DNA from: Mycoplasmatota bacterium
Lineage (GTDB): Bacteria; Bacillota_I; Bacilli_A; MAG-NZ
Length of the DNA: 64,000 bases
Reading direction: 5' to 3'
Assembly (NCBI GenBank): GCA_018394315.1
Contig: CP074575.1
Span: forward strand, 1,396,615 to 1,460,614
Shown here: positions 41,509 through 52,403 of the stretch, one piece after another
Layout: every line of letters begins with the position of its first letter
How positions within the stretch are numbered: the stretch's first letter is position 1
Notes under the pieces: model-generated
What the model saw: the letters and a program-made list of their open reading frames with translations, nothing else
Databases searched by the model: none
What the model was told of the DNA's origin: nothing
Position numbers and translations under genes: made by a program

Positions 41509-42402
41509 ATGGAATGGTTTATTATTGTTTTAATAGTCATATTAATCTTTTTCATTATTCGACTATTGAGAATGAAAAATGATATCCAGTCATTGAATAA
41601 ATCATTGAGATATATTCAAGAAAATGAGACTAACCAACTATTGACTACTACTACTTTTTATAAGGATATATGCAGTTTATCTAGTACTATGAATGAAATT
41701 CTTGAGGAAAAGATGAAAATTCGAATATCTAGTAATAAATCTAATAGAGAATTCCGTCAAGCAGTTACAAATATTTCTCATGATCTTAGAACACCTCTTA
41801 CATCTGCTATTGGTTATATTCAAATGATTCAGTCAGATAAAACTGAAGAATATAAGAAAGATGAGTATCTAAAAATAATCGAATACCGTCTAAAAACTCT
41901 TTCAAACTTAACAAATGATTTATTAGAATACTCAAGTTTAATTGAAAGAAATGTACCAATGCATTTTGAGCAAATCAATATAAACAATTTATTGAGAGAT
42001 ACAGTTTCAACTTTTTATGATGAATTTATTGATAAAAATTACAAAGTATCAATAAATATTCCATTTGATTCATTATATTTTATGGGAGATGTTGTTTCAT
42101 TTAAAAGAATCTTCATGAACTTAATACAAAACACTCTAAAATATGGTACGGAAATATTCGATGTGTCGCTTGACCAAAAGAAAAAAACTATTTTATTTCG
42201 CAATAGAATTGCGAATGCTAAAGGATTTGATGTCGAGCCTTTGTTAAATAGATTTTATACATCGGATAAATCTAGAAGTGACAAATCAACCGGTCTAGGG
42301 CTTACCATTGTTAAAGAATTAATAACCAGTATGGGTGGGACGATTAGAACTCTTGTAAAAGATGACTTTTTGATTATTGAAATAGGATTAGATAAACGAT
42401 AA
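41509..42402 (+). CDS. intramembrane-sensing histidine kinase
   Basis: ISHDLRTPL, NLIQN, RFYT, STGLGL. Confidence 0.9.
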   Translation: MEWFIIVLIVILIFFIIRLLRMKNDIQSLNKSLRYIQENETNQLLTTTTFYKDICSLSSTMNEILEEKMKIRISSNKSNREFRQAVTNISHDLRTPLTSAIGYIQMIQSDKTEEYKKDEYLKIIEYRLKTLSNLTNDLLEYSSLIERNVPMHFEQININNLLRDTVSTFYDEFIDKNYKVSINIPFDSLYFMGDVVSFKRIFMNLIQNTLKYGTEIFDVSLDQKKKTILFRNRIANAKGFDVEPLLNRFYTSDKSRSDKSTGLGLTIVKELITSMGGTIRTLVKDDFLIIEIGLDKR

Positions 42403-42715
42403 CATGATTGTTAAAGGATACATCAAATAAGAGTACATCATAATTAAGTGGTGTGCTTTTTTGGAATTAGGAATGTGAACAACAAGAATTTGCACTCAAA
42501 CTCCCCTTTAAAACAAGCTAAGTGAAGACGTTTTTATATTTTTGGAAGAAATAAGTCTATTCTATTAGACAAAAGAAACTTACCTGTACTTTACATTGGA
42601 TGATTTTTTGGTGATTATCGTGAGCAATAAAGTCGTTTCTTATTCACTAAAGACAACTAGTATTTATTTAAGCGGGGATTTTACACATAGCACTACCGCT
42701 TTCAAGAATATGGAT

Positions 42716-42750
42716 GGATTCGAACTCTTCATACATAGGTTTAAACACTA
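42716..42750 (+). repeat. att-like repeat, divergent arm type B
   Basis: GGATTCGAACTCTTCATACATAGGTTTAAACACT; same arm as 58479. Confidence 0.75.
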
Positions 42751-42830
42751 TCAATTATAGGTAGATACAATACCTCCTTTTTTTGAATGTACATATACTA
42801 CTACGAAAGAATTAAAAAAAGGAGGATGTT

Positions 42831-43181
42831 ATGAACCAATATTATACTAATAAACCTAATGAAGTAAACGAAATTCAAACTCATGAAGTTCATCAGGATG
42901 ATGAGCGATTAGTACCTGGGCTAATTGGCTTAGGTTTACTTGGATATGGTTATGGTAGACCTGGCTATGGATATGGTTATGGTGGACCTTGGTATGGCTA
43001 TGGTTATGGTAGACCTGGCTATGGATATGGTTATGGTAGACCTTGGTATGGCTATGGTTATGGTGGACCTGGATATGGCTATGGTTATGGTGGACCTGGA
43101 TATGGTTATGGTGGACCTGGGTATGGCTATGGTTATGGTAGACCTAATTGTGGACATGGAAGACCTTGTTCCTATCGTTAA
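42831..43181 (+). CDS. Gly/Tyr-rich repeat protein (spore coat-like)
   Basis: AGGAGG RBS; DERL..GLGLLG then (GYGYG-R/G-P)n; upstream CATATACTA. Confidence 0.7.
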   Translation: MNQYYTNKPNEVNEIQTHEVHQDDERLVPGLIGLGLLGYGYGRPGYGYGYGGPWYGYGYGRPGYGYGYGRPWYGYGYGGPGYGYGYGGPGYGYGGPGYGYGYGRPNCGHGRPCSYR

Positions 43182-43261
43182 CACATAATTAATATTTATA
43201 AATATAAAAGTGCCTATACTTTACTTATGTAATCTATAGGCACTTAATTTGTCAATTATTA

Positions 43262-43370
43262 CGGCTGAGGAAGTGGGATTCGAACTCTCTAAAAACTGAT
43301 TTTTAGCTTATACGCTATTAAGTTTTTAAAAAAATTATCATTTGACATGGAAACTCGCATTCCACCCTTA
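43262..43370 (+). repeat. att-like repeat, type A, with left flank resembling a different tRNA 3' end
   Basis: CGGCTGAGGAAGTGGGATTCGAACTCTCTAAA...TGGAAACTCGCATTCCA. Confidence 0.85.
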
Positions 43371-43502
43371 AAAAAATAAAAGGTATTCTATTTGATATTT
43401 ATAACTTTTGGATGCAACTTACCGACGTTTAGTTGTTTTATTAATCATTTAATCTATACTATAAATAGAACAGTTCCCAAAATTATGCAACGAGGTGAAA
43501 AT

Positions 43503-43835
43503 ATGGATTATATTTCTGGTAGAAATGAACGGAGTAAAAAAGATATTCCTTTAAATAAAATTATATTTATTACTGCGAATGATGATGATGTATACATCAA
43601 GACATTAGAAGGGTATTTTAAGATTTTAGAAAAGTTATATTATTTTGAAGAGAGTACTAAACTTGGATTTTTAAGAGTTAGTAAATCATTTGTTGTTAAT
43701 ATCACTAAGATCAGAGAGCTATCTCCATTATTTAATTCTAAAATTAAACTCAGGATGATTGATGGAGAGTTAATCTATGTTAATAGAACATATGTAAGAA
43801 ATTTCAAAGAATTCATTAAGAAAGGGGTGGTTTGA
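43503..43835 (+). CDS. LytTR-domain DNA-binding protein
   Basis: FLRVSKSFVVN...VNRTYV; GAGGTG RBS. Confidence 0.85.
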   Translation: MDYISGRNERSKKDIPLNKIIFITANDDDVYIKTLEGYFKILEKLYYFEESTKLGFLRVSKSFVVNITKIRELSPLFNSKIKLRMIDGELIYVNRTYVRNFKEFIKKGVV

Positions 43836-45148
43836 TGACATATGTATGTGGAGTTGTAGTACTGTTGTCATTGTTAACAATTATCTTCTATATATTTAAC
43901 AAGATGAAATGGAATAGACTTCTGTTAAAAAGACAAGAAGAGATAGGAGAGGTAAATGTAAGGATTTGTAATAAGAACACACTAGTCGTTAAAACAATTT
44001 CTACTAGCTTTATAACTTTGATTCTTTTCTTGATTATATTTTTATTTCCTGGGTCTAACAGACCAAACAATACTGTCGAATCGGAATCAGCTATATTTGG
44101 ACATTTAGATAGTAGTTTATTCTCTATGATACAAGTAAGCGCAAATGAATATGTTATAAACAATTATGGAGATGGAGTTATCTTTGAAGTTTATACTTTG
44201 ATTGATAATCCAGATATTATAATATTTAATGAAGAGTACTCTTATTATAAGAATATGGAGAAGTACCTAGATGTAACAGATCAAACAGAAGTAAAAAGTA
44301 TCCTAATAGGAAACTTCAAAATTCTTGAAGTTACAATTGATAATAGAATAAAAGTATATTTAGAACTTGTAGATAAAAAAGGAGTTGAGGTGCTTAATTT
44401 GTTAGATTTTGATTTTGATGACTTTGAATCTGATATGTTGCTATTATCTAATTTATTAGAAGAATACCCACCAATAAGTTATGAAAAGGAAAGGTGGGAT
44501 TCTACAACTGTTATACAATATGAAATTAATAATATAATCGAAAATATTGAAGACGTAAAAAAAGTTGAATTATATAAATGGTATGTACCACTTATGAATA
44601 ATGTAGCAGGTTACTCATCTAACTCAGATTTGGTAAGGCTAGAACATCAAATATACATGGATGGAGTAACTATTGATAATATTGGGGAAATAGCTCATCA
44701 ATCTAATGCTGTATACTTTGGTGATAAAGAATTGATTGATGGATTTAGTGTAAAAACTAGTAATACACCATTATTACTTAATGACTGTAATGATACATTT
44801 TCAAGCTCTGCTGGCGGTGGTGATGAAGATTTAGGATTAAGATATAAATATTATGTTCAAAAGCCTGATCTTTGTGCGGAGTATAACGATATGGTATTTG
44901 TAAGTTCCATTGTCGATTTTTCAAATTTCAAACTTTATGACATTTCAGAACTTGATATAGTAATAACAATAAACGGAATTGTTATGAATAAAGATGAATT
45001 TTTATTTGTTGACGACTATGTATACGTATTTCCTATAAAAATACATTCATATCGAGATGATGTTCAAGTAATTTTTGATATCGAAATTTTCAAAGATGAT
45101 AAAGAATTGTATACAGGTAGTACATCTTCGACAGAACGTCTTCGTTAA
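43832..45148 (+). CDS. hypothetical membrane-anchored protein
   Basis: Two N-terminal TM segments, large acidic domain; overlaps the LytTR gene. Confidence 0.65.
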   Translation: MMTYVCGVVVLLSLLTIIFYIFNKMKWNRLLLKRQEEIGEVNVRICNKNTLVVKTISTSFITLILFLIIFLFPGSNRPNNTVESESAIFGHLDSSLFSMIQVSANEYVINNYGDGVIFEVYTLIDNPDIIIFNEEYSYYKNMEKYLDVTDQTEVKSILIGNFKILEVTIDNRIKVYLELVDKKGVEVLNLLDFDFDDFESDMLLLSNLLEEYPPISYEKERWDSTTVIQYEINNIIENIEDVKKVELYKWYVPLMNNVAGYSSNSDLVRLEHQIYMDGVTIDNIGEIAHQSNAVYFGDKELIDGFSVKTSNTPLLLNDCNDTFSSSAGGGDEDLGLRYKYYVQKPDLCAEYNDMVFVSSIVDFSNFKLYDISELDIVITINGIVMNKDEFLFVDDYVYVFPIKIHSYRDDVQVIFDIEIFKDDKELYTGSTSSTERLR

Positions 45149-45244
45149 TACTTTTTGCAGCAAGCAGGAACTATTATTATAATTAAATAAATTCGTTATT
45201 CCAGTAAAGTTATAAAATTAATCGAAGATTTGAAACGACAGGAA

Positions 45245-45339
45245 GACTCAAAATCGTTAAATACGGATTTAGGCTTATATATTATTAAGTTTTCGAAGGC
45301 ATTATATAATATGACATAGAAACGTTTTTCCATCCTAGA
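45245..45339 (+). repeat. att-like repeat, type A, with degenerate core
   Basis: GACTCAAAATC...GATTTAGGCTTATATATTATTAAGTTTTCG...GACATAGAAACGTTTTTCCATCCTAGA. Confidence 0.8.
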
Positions 45340-45493
45340 TAAAAAAAACAATGATTTATCCCTGGAAAAGCGAAAAATATATCTTGTTGTCTTGATATTA
45401 GTATGTGATCTACAAATTTTTCTGCTATGATTTATTTTAATTCAAATATGATAAACAAAGGTAAGTAAAATATGCTTACCTTTGTTTAATAAA

Positions 45494-45604
45494 TGGCACT
45501 CCAGGAGAGGTTAGTACTCAATAAACAAGAATTGAAGATTGTGTTTCTGATTCGATTTTTATTAACTCAAGTACATTATACACTTTGACACGGGCACATA
45601 CTCA
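45494..45604 (+). repeat. tRNA 3'-end fragment plus divergent arm (type C-like)
   Basis: TGGCACTCCAGGAGAGGTTAGTACTC, then ATTCGATTTT...TCAAGTACATTATA as at 58664. Confidence 0.65.
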
Positions 45605-45818
45605 AATTACCATTTTTTTAATAAATGTTGTGGTACTATAGTAAGTAGTGACAGTTCATCAACATCTAACGTAGAAAGTATAGTATATGAGGTCCAAATG
45701 GTTCAGATGGTACTTATTATATAAACATTAAAAGAATTTCTAATACTTCAAATATTACCGAAGCTGTTGCTGTAGCTTAAATATTGGTTAACTCAAATAA
45801 CGAGAGGAGAGTTTTTCG

Positions 45819-46553
45819 ATGACTAGATTTAAATTTATATTTATATTTTCTATGATAGTACTTCCACTTATTGGATGTGAAAATAGAAATACAATTGATC
45901 CAGTAAAGGAATATGATGAAAACATAAGTGAATCAAGTAATAACAATGAGGCTGAAATATCAACTATATGTGGTGACGGTCATGATGGACATTTATGTTA
46001 TGAAGATAGATCATACAACATCATTAAAATCACTGATGAATACAAACTATATAAATCCATCGATAAGATGAGGACCGAATTTGTTCAAAATTATTTATTT
46101 GACATTGATATAATTCATAGGATATATTACTACTTTGTCGCAGATGTAGAATATGATTTTATAGCACTTTCAGAGGGTCATGAATATGATCTTAAAGATG
46201 TAGATAGAGATTTCCTATTGGATTATTATGACTTTCACCTAAAAGAGACAGAACATAAGGGATGTTATGTTAATGGAACACCAGAGTGTTTTAAGGGATT
46301 TATTCTGACCAAAAAGGTAGGAGAATATAAATTATATACACCTACTAAAGAAATACCAACCACAGGTATTAGAGTGCTTCTTTATGAAACGGATGAAAAG
46401 AAAGTTTATACCACTAATTACTATACAGCAAACTATAAATTTACTCATAGTGGTGTTGAATATTCGCTCAAAGATGCTTACTTAAGCTTTCCTCAAGAGA
46501 TAATCGACAAAATAGATTTACATTTAGAAATAGAATATGTGAATAACGGTTAG
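45819..46553 (+). CDS. hypothetical lipoprotein
   Basis: GAGGAG RBS, lipobox LIGC. Confidence 0.7.
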   Translation: MTRFKFIFIFSMIVLPLIGCENRNTIDPVKEYDENISESSNNNEAEISTICGDGHDGHLCYEDRSYNIIKITDEYKLYKSIDKMRTEFVQNYLFDIDIIHRIYYYFVADVEYDFIALSEGHEYDLKDVDRDFLLDYYDFHLKETEHKGCYVNGTPECFKGFILTKKVGEYKLYTPTKEIPTTGIRVLLYETDEKKVYTTNYYTANYKFTHSGVEYSLKDAYLSFPQEIIDKIDLHLEIEYVNNG

Positions 46554-46730
46554 ACATGGTCATACGTATATATAATTGTTATAAAAAAGATAAAACTCTT
46601 GAATAAGTTTCTTAAAACAGAATATATCTAAGCTTAATAAGTTTACGGGAAGAAGAACAAATTGATTGTAACAATTATCAACCTTATAACTACGTAAATT
46701 CCTTCGTTCTATTTTTCTACTTTTTTATGT

Positions 46731-46908
46731 ATCTCATTTCATAAATGGAGATATACATTTGCAACCATGTCTCTTTGGAGTAGCAAGGATTTAAAATTCG
46801 TACGCAAGACACTTGACATACTACAAACAAACAATAACCTACTTACATCTAAACAATGATGATATGAGACAAGCTCACACTATAACACGTCCGGTCTTAA
46901 GCATATAA
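46731..46908 (+). pseudogene. tyrosine recombinase/integrase C-terminal remnant (frameshifted)
   Basis: Manual translation: ISFHKWRYTFATMSL...DLKFVRKTL; shifted frames give (G)HTT and TITYLHLNNDDMRQAH...stop, matching HxxR, LGH and catalytic Tyr. Confidence 0.8.
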
Positions 46909-46979
46909 TAAACTAAAAAGGAGAGATAATAGTCTCTCTTTGGGTAGTGCAAAATAATCGGACCACTATCACTTTTTAA

Positions 46980-47089
46980 TGGCACCCAGGAGAGATTCGA
47001 ACTCTCTAAACACTGATTTAAGCTTATATATTATTAAGTTTTCAAAAGCATTATAACATACGACATGGAAACTGGCTTTCCACCTTAGA
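46980..47089 (+). repeat. tRNA 3'-end plus type A att-like repeat
   Basis: TGGCACCCAGGAGAGATTCGAACTCTCTAAACACTG...TGGAAACTGGCTTTCCACCTTAGA. Confidence 0.93.
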
Positions 47090-47282
47090 AAAAAACGAAA
47101 AATATTTTTCGTTTTCTAATGTAATGATAATAGATAAAGATTCTCTACCCTACAGATATAACCAGAAGGTTAGTGTTTTTCTGATATTAGTTGTCGTATG
47201 TACTGTAATTTGGTAGTTACAAAAGTATATGATAAAATTGAAATAAGTTAGGAAATGATTATCAAAATAAAGGGGGAATAAG

Positions 47283-48488
47283 ATGAATAAAATATTAACC
47301 ATGTTTTTTCTATTAGTGTTAAGTAGTACTTTAATAGCGTGTGAGAAGGAAACAGTTCCATTGAATGAGGGTGTAAAAAACCCATTAGTAACTGAAGGGA
47401 ATTCTGAGTTTGCTTTTGATATCTTCAGGGAGTTAAATAATGAAGATTATAATGAGAATATTTTTATATCTCCTTTTAGTATTTCGAGTGCACTAGCAAT
47501 GACTTTGAATGGAGCAGCAGGAGATACTAAAGATTCAATGCAAACTACACTGCAACTAAAAGACATAAATATTGAGGATATGAATAATGGGTTTGCACAT
47601 ATAAATTACATGTTAACAAATCTTGATGAAGATGTTGAAATTAATATCGCAAATTCTCTTTGGGTGAAAGATGAATACATGTTGAACAAACAATTTGAAT
47701 TTGATATTAAAAGTAATTTTAATGCGAATGCTACTTTGCTAGATTTTGAAGATGATAAGTCGGTAGATGTAATTAATGAATGGGTAAGTGACAAGACTAA
47801 TGATTTAATAGATGAAATGATTAAAGGAATAGATCCATATGCTGCATTAATCTTAATAAATGCGATATATTTTAATGGTTCTTGGCAAGATGAATTTAAT
47901 CCTAGCAAGACCCAATCAAAAGATTTTATTACATTAGATGGAAGTATCATGCAAGTTGATATGATGAGAAGAATAGATGAAATTGATTATTATGAAGACA
48001 ATGAAATCATAGCTGTAAAACTACCATATGGCGATGGATTAATTAGTATGTACTGTGTTTTGCCTAATGGAAATGAAGACATAAATTCTGTAATTTCGGA
48101 GATGAACGTAGATAAGTGGAATGATTTAAGAAATGAAATGAACTACTTTTATGAAGTTACTCTTGAGTTACCAAAATTTAAAATGGAATATGGAATTAAA
48201 GGATTAAACGATGCTTTGGTAAATCTAGGTATGGACGTAGCATTTGATGAAAGAGCATATTTTCCTGATTTAATAGAGGGAATGGAAGATAATCTATATA
48301 TAAATGCAGTAAACCATAAAGCGGTAGTTGACGTTAGTGAAGAGGGGACAGAAGCGGCCGCAGTTACATCTGTAGAAGTAGAAGTAGAAAAAAAAGCGAG
48401 TCGAACCTTTATAGCAAATAGACCGTTTATGTTTATAATAGGTGATGAAGAAGGAAATATATTATTTATAGGAAAGAAGGTAGCATAG
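47283..48488 (+). CDS. serpin lipoprotein, copy 1
   Basis: Lipobox LIAC; NIFISPFSI, INAIYFNGSW, EEGTEAAA hinge, FIANRPF. Confidence 0.93.
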   Translation: MNKILTMFFLLVLSSTLIACEKETVPLNEGVKNPLVTEGNSEFAFDIFRELNNEDYNENIFISPFSISSALAMTLNGAAGDTKDSMQTTLQLKDINIEDMNNGFAHINYMLTNLDEDVEINIANSLWVKDEYMLNKQFEFDIKSNFNANATLLDFEDDKSVDVINEWVSDKTNDLIDEMIKGIDPYAALILINAIYFNGSWQDEFNPSKTQSKDFITLDGSIMQVDMMRRIDEIDYYEDNEIIAVKLPYGDGLISMYCVLPNGNEDINSVISEMNVDKWNDLRNEMNYFYEVTLELPKFKMEYGIKGLNDALVNLGMDVAFDERAYFPDLIEGMEDNLYINAVNHKAVVDVSEEGTEAAAVTSVEVEVEKKASRTFIANRPFMFIIGDEEGNILFIGKKVA

Positions 48489-48548
48489 TTGGCAATCAGT
48501 AATGCATAATCTTAATAATTTACACATGATTAATGGAAAAGGTATTTT

Positions 48549-48644
48549 GATTCGAATTCTCTAAACACTAATTTAAGCTCATAAACTATTAAGTTTTCGA
48601 AGACATTATAACATATGACATGGAAACTGACTTTCCACCTTAGA
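48549..48644 (+). repeat. att-like repeat, type A
   Basis: GATTCGAATTCTCTAAACAC...TGGAAACTGACTTTCCACCTTAGA. Confidence 0.92.
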
Positions 48645-48758
48645 AAAAAAGTGAGATTATTTCTCACTTTTGACATTAACTGATTTTAGTTCAAATAATA
48701 CCTTTTATTGGTACCCTTAAACGTTCTGAGTAGGAGAAATACCGATAATACCATCGTT

Positions 48759-49934
48759 TCAATCACTAATAACTATCAAATTAGGTAAATGTAAATATTC
48801 ACAATGTATTATCAGTTCATTTTCGATAGCATCAGTTAGCGTTATTACCTTATCATCAACTAACAGTACATAATCAGAGAATGAACCTCCTATCATAGTG
48901 TAATTACCAAAAGTTTCTTCATAATCAAGCTCATAACTATTGGAAGCATTATAATACATAGGATTTTGATACATCCCGATATATACACCATTTCCATCAA
49001 AGTAATTATTTATAATTTCTGGGACAAAGTGTTTTTCGTTCATAAACACTTTCTCTGCTGTAGTCTGACCAGGACCAGTTTCTAGGTAAATACCGAAAGT
49101 TATATTAACGAGGTTACCAACTTTAAAATCGTTTGATACCCCATCGGCATACTCAGTTTTCTCACTAATAGAAACATATGTTAATCCCGGCTGGAATAAA
49201 GATTGTACTAAAATATCGTGCTCATCAAAATCGACAATTGGTCCAATTATGTTGTTGTTTACACCAACAATTGGTGGATAATATGCTTTCACTGCGGTGG
49301 CTGTCCAAGGATAACTGGATTTATCAAGATCTTTTACTTCGAATTCTAGATGATATCTCCATTGTTCGATCTCAGGGAATTCATCAGAAGTTTCAGTATC
49401 TTCTGGAATTTCAACCCATATATGTCCAAAGTTAGATAGTTTATCCGGAATAAGTAGTTTATTTCCTATTTTATCTCTTGGCCACCCACCAATCATATTT
49501 GCATCGGATAACATTTTAGCTTCTTTGGTAAAATCTCTTTTTTCGCATGCTCCTTTTATGGAACACAATTCTTCTATAGATATCTCTAATTCTTTAATAC
49601 TCGTTCTACCATTAACTTTATAATCTGGACCAGATAACATATATGCATTACCATCTTTGAAAGCAAATACTCCTGTATAACAATTACTCCCCCCCTGTCC
49701 AGATATTTTCCATTCGTTATTTAATAATACAGGCCATACAATATCTTCAGTACAATTTTCAGAAGAGATAGTGTCCCTTTTCCATATTTCATATTTGTTG
49801 GTTTCACCTATATAGATAAGATCTTTCATTGGTATTTTGAATCTATCACTTATGACTGATACACTAGGATTATTATTACATGAAGAAACTAATACTATTG
49901 TTGTTAAAATAATGAATACTTTCAAATACTTCAC
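48759..49934 (-). CDS. cassette lipoprotein paralog 2
   Basis: GTG start after AAGGGTGG; lipobox VSSC. Confidence 0.8.
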   Translation of the reverse strand: MKYLKVFIILTTIVLVSSCNNNPSVSVISDRFKIPMKDLIYIGETNKYEIWKRDTISSENCTEDIVWPVLLNNEWKISGQGGSNCYTGVFAFKDGNAYMLSGPDYKVNGRTSIKELEISIEELCSIKGACEKRDFTKEAKMLSDANMIGGWPRDKIGNKLLIPDKLSNFGHIWVEIPEDTETSDEFPEIEQWRYHLEFEVKDLDKSSYPWTATAVKAYYPPIVGVNNNIIGPIVDFDEHDILVQSLFQPGLTYVSISEKTEYADGVSNDFKVGNLVNITFGIYLETGPGQTTAEKVFMNEKHFVPEIINNYFDGNGVYIGMYQNPMYYNASNSYELDYEETFGNYTMIGGSFSDYVLLVDDKVITLTDAIENELIIHCEYLHLPNLIVISD

Positions 49935-50035
49935 ACGAACCACCCTTTCTTCACACTTGTACTCTAATAATATCATATCAGACCAAAAAAAATAGAAAAT
50001 TAGATTTGACAAAGTAATATTTTTAGATTAGAGAA

Positions 50036-50132
50036 GGATTCGAACTCTCTAAACACTGATTTAAGCTTATAAAATATTAAGATTTCAAAGACATTATAAC
50101 ATATGACATGGAAACTGACTTTCCACCTTAGA
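50036..50132 (+). repeat. att-like repeat, type A
   Basis: GGATTCGAACTCTCTAAACACTG...TGGAAACTGACTTTCCACCTTAGA. Confidence 0.93.
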
Positions 50133-50248
50133 AAAAAAAGTGAGATTATTTCTCACTTTTGACGTTATTTATTTTTAGTACAAATAATGCTTTTGTTTAG
50201 GTACTAATAAGTGTTCTGAGTAGGAGGAATACCGATAATATCATACTT

Positions 50249-51412
50249 TTAATCACTTATAACTATCAAATTTGGTGAATGCAAATATTCACAATGTACT
50301 AATAGTTCATTTTCGATAGCGTCAGTTAGAGTTATTACTTCATCATTAACTAACAGTACGTAGTCTGAGAATGAACCTCCTATTATAGTATAACCTCCTA
50401 AAGTTTCTTCATAATCATGATCATAATTATTAGCTACATTATAATAAATCGGAAAATTTTGGTGCATACCAATGTAGACGCCATTGTCATGAAGGTAATT
50501 ATTAATTATTTCAGGCACAAAGTGTTTTTCATTCACTAACACTTCCTTAGCTGTCCTATTAGGATAGCTTTCTAGTATAAAATCATAAGATATATTAACT
50601 AAGTTACCTACTTTAAAGTCACTTGACACACCAGGGGCATACTTAGTATTACTATCAATTTTTACAGAAGCAAGTCCTGGCTGGTATAAAGTGTTAACTA
50701 AAATATGAGACTCACCAGCTTCGACAATTGGTCCTATTATGTTATAGTTTTCACCGACCCATGCAGGGTAATAAGCTCTTACAGCTGTAGCTTTCCAAGG
50801 ATAACTAGACTTATCGAGATCAATAATTACAAACTCGAGGTAATATCTACAACGTTCAGTTTTAGGGAAGTCACCAGGAAGATATGTATCGTCATTAATC
50901 TCAACCCATACATGGCCATAGTTGGATAGTTTATCTGGAATAAGCAATTTATTATCTCTTTCTTCTATTGGTCTTCCACCAACCATGATTTTAATAGGGT
51001 ATTCGCTAAAATCTCTTATTTTACAAGCACCTTCTATTGAGCATAATTCCTCTATAGATATCCCTAACACATTAATATTTGTTCTACCATTAACTTTATA
51101 ATCTGGACCAGATAACATATATGCATTACCATCTTTGAAGGCAAATACTCCAGTATAACAATTACTACCCCCTTGTCCAGAAATTTGTAACTCTCTATTC
51201 AAAATAACGGGCATAACGATATCTTCAGTACAAGCACCAGAAGAAATAGTATCTCTTTTCCATATCTCATAATTGCTCACTTCCCCGAGATATATAAGAT
51301 CTTTCTTTGGAACTCTGTATTTATCACTTATGATTGATGCACTACGATTAAAGAAGCAAGAAGAAACTATCATTATTAAAATTAAGGTAGTAATTGTTCT
51401 TAAAAACTTCAC
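50249..51412 (-). CDS. cassette lipoprotein paralog 3
   Basis: GTG start after AAGGATGA; lipobox VSSC. Confidence 0.8.
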   Translation of the reverse strand: MKFLRTITTLILIMIVSSCFFNRSASIISDKYRVPKKDLIYLGEVSNYEIWKRDTISSGACTEDIVMPVILNRELQISGQGGSNCYTGVFAFKDGNAYMLSGPDYKVNGRTNINVLGISIEELCSIEGACKIRDFSEYPIKIMVGGRPIEERDNKLLIPDKLSNYGHVWVEINDDTYLPGDFPKTERCRYYLEFVIIDLDKSSYPWKATAVRAYYPAWVGENYNIIGPIVEAGESHILVNTLYQPGLASVKIDSNTKYAPGVSSDFKVGNLVNISYDFILESYPNRTAKEVLVNEKHFVPEIINNYLHDNGVYIGMHQNFPIYYNVANNYDHDYEETLGGYTIIGGSFSDYVLLVNDEVITLTDAIENELLVHCEYLHSPNLIVISD

Positions 51413-51512
51413 ACAAATCATCCTTTCTCCATGCTTGTACTCTAATAGTATCACATCAAAGCCTAAAAAAAGAAAAATTGGTTCGACAAAGTAATATTTT
51501 TGGATTAGAGAA

Positions 51513-51608
51513 GGATTCGAACTCTCTAAACACTGATTTAAGCTTATATATTATAAAGTTTTCAAGCCATTATATCATACGACATGGAAACTGGCTTTCC
51601 ACCCTAGA
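51513..51608 (+). repeat. att-like repeat, type A
   Basis: GGATTCGAACTCTCTAAACACTG...TGGAAACTGGCTTTCCACCCTAGA. Confidence 0.93.
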
Positions 51609-51770
51609 AAAAAGTGAGATTATTTTTATTAGATTTTGAGGTAAATGAAATAATAATCATATAATTATTCCATATTTATTATGATGATTCCAAAAATGAA
51701 AATATAATCAATGTACAATAAAACAAGTACCGCAAAAAAAAAGAGACTAAAAAGTCTCTATATATTCCTA

Positions 51771-52403
51771 TTAAGAATTTATTTTCGCTTTAAATATGTA
51801 AACGTAGTCATATGTTAAAATTCTTTCTAGAACTTTTTGATCATTATCAAAAACATCTAATTCGATACCTAGGGAAGCATCTCCACCTTCGCTTGCGATT
51901 ATTGCTAATATGAGAGGTTCGTTTAATGCTATTTTCTTATCAGAACTCAAACCTGCCCAGGTAGTTCCAATACCAATAATATCCTCATTATTTAAGTTTA
52001 CTAGTGTAGAAATACTACCTATAGATTGAGAAGAACTATCTTTCTCCACAATAGAAATTATCCACTCATCATTACTACTATGAATTGTATTTTTTGACAA
52101 CACGATGTTTCCAGTATTTACACTTTGAAAATGTTTATTAAGTTCAACAACATTGTCTTGGAAAATTCCATCTCTATAATATTCAACCCAGCAGTTAATT
52201 CGTATATTTTCGAGCGCATTCATAGAGTACTCGAATATAAAATATTGATCTGCACCTACAGTCTTTACTAATATTTCTTGATTTTCAGTTAGTTCTAATG
52301 GTGATATTTCAATAGTCCCATCATTTTTTACTGTAGTGTCACACGCTGATAAAATCATTATTAACACTGATAGCAAAACAAGCAAAATAATATTACTTTT
52401 CAA
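51771..52403 (-). CDS. hypothetical lipoprotein
   Basis: Probable TTG start after AAAGGG; lipobox LSAC. Confidence 0.7.
   Translation of the reverse strand: MKSNIILLVLLSVLIMILSACDTTVKNDGTIEISPLELTENQEILVKTVGADQYFIFEYSMNALENIRINCWVEYYRDGIFQDNVVELNKHFQSVNTGNIVLSKNTIHSSNDEWIISIVEKDSSSQSIGSISTLVNLNNEDIIGIGTTWAGLSSDKKIALNEPLILAIIASEGGDASLGIELDVFDNDQKVLERILTYDYVYIFKAKINS

Noticed and set aside
42936..43188. MDMVMVDL and STITIA repeat ORFs
   Set aside because: Alternate-frame shadows of the GY-rich gene, which has the RBS.
45640..45780. Decayed ORF tail (GTYYINIKRISNT...AVAVA*)
   Set aside because: Probably a pseudogene fragment, but too short to assign a family.
47606..47950. Antisense ORFs repeated in both serpins and in the lipoproteins
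   Set aside because: They recur only because the sense genes are duplicated; no RBS or independent signal.
48255..48430. Diversity-generating retroelement behind serpin or lipoprotein variation
   Set aside because: No reverse transcriptase in the window; differences include indels and are not confined to adenines.
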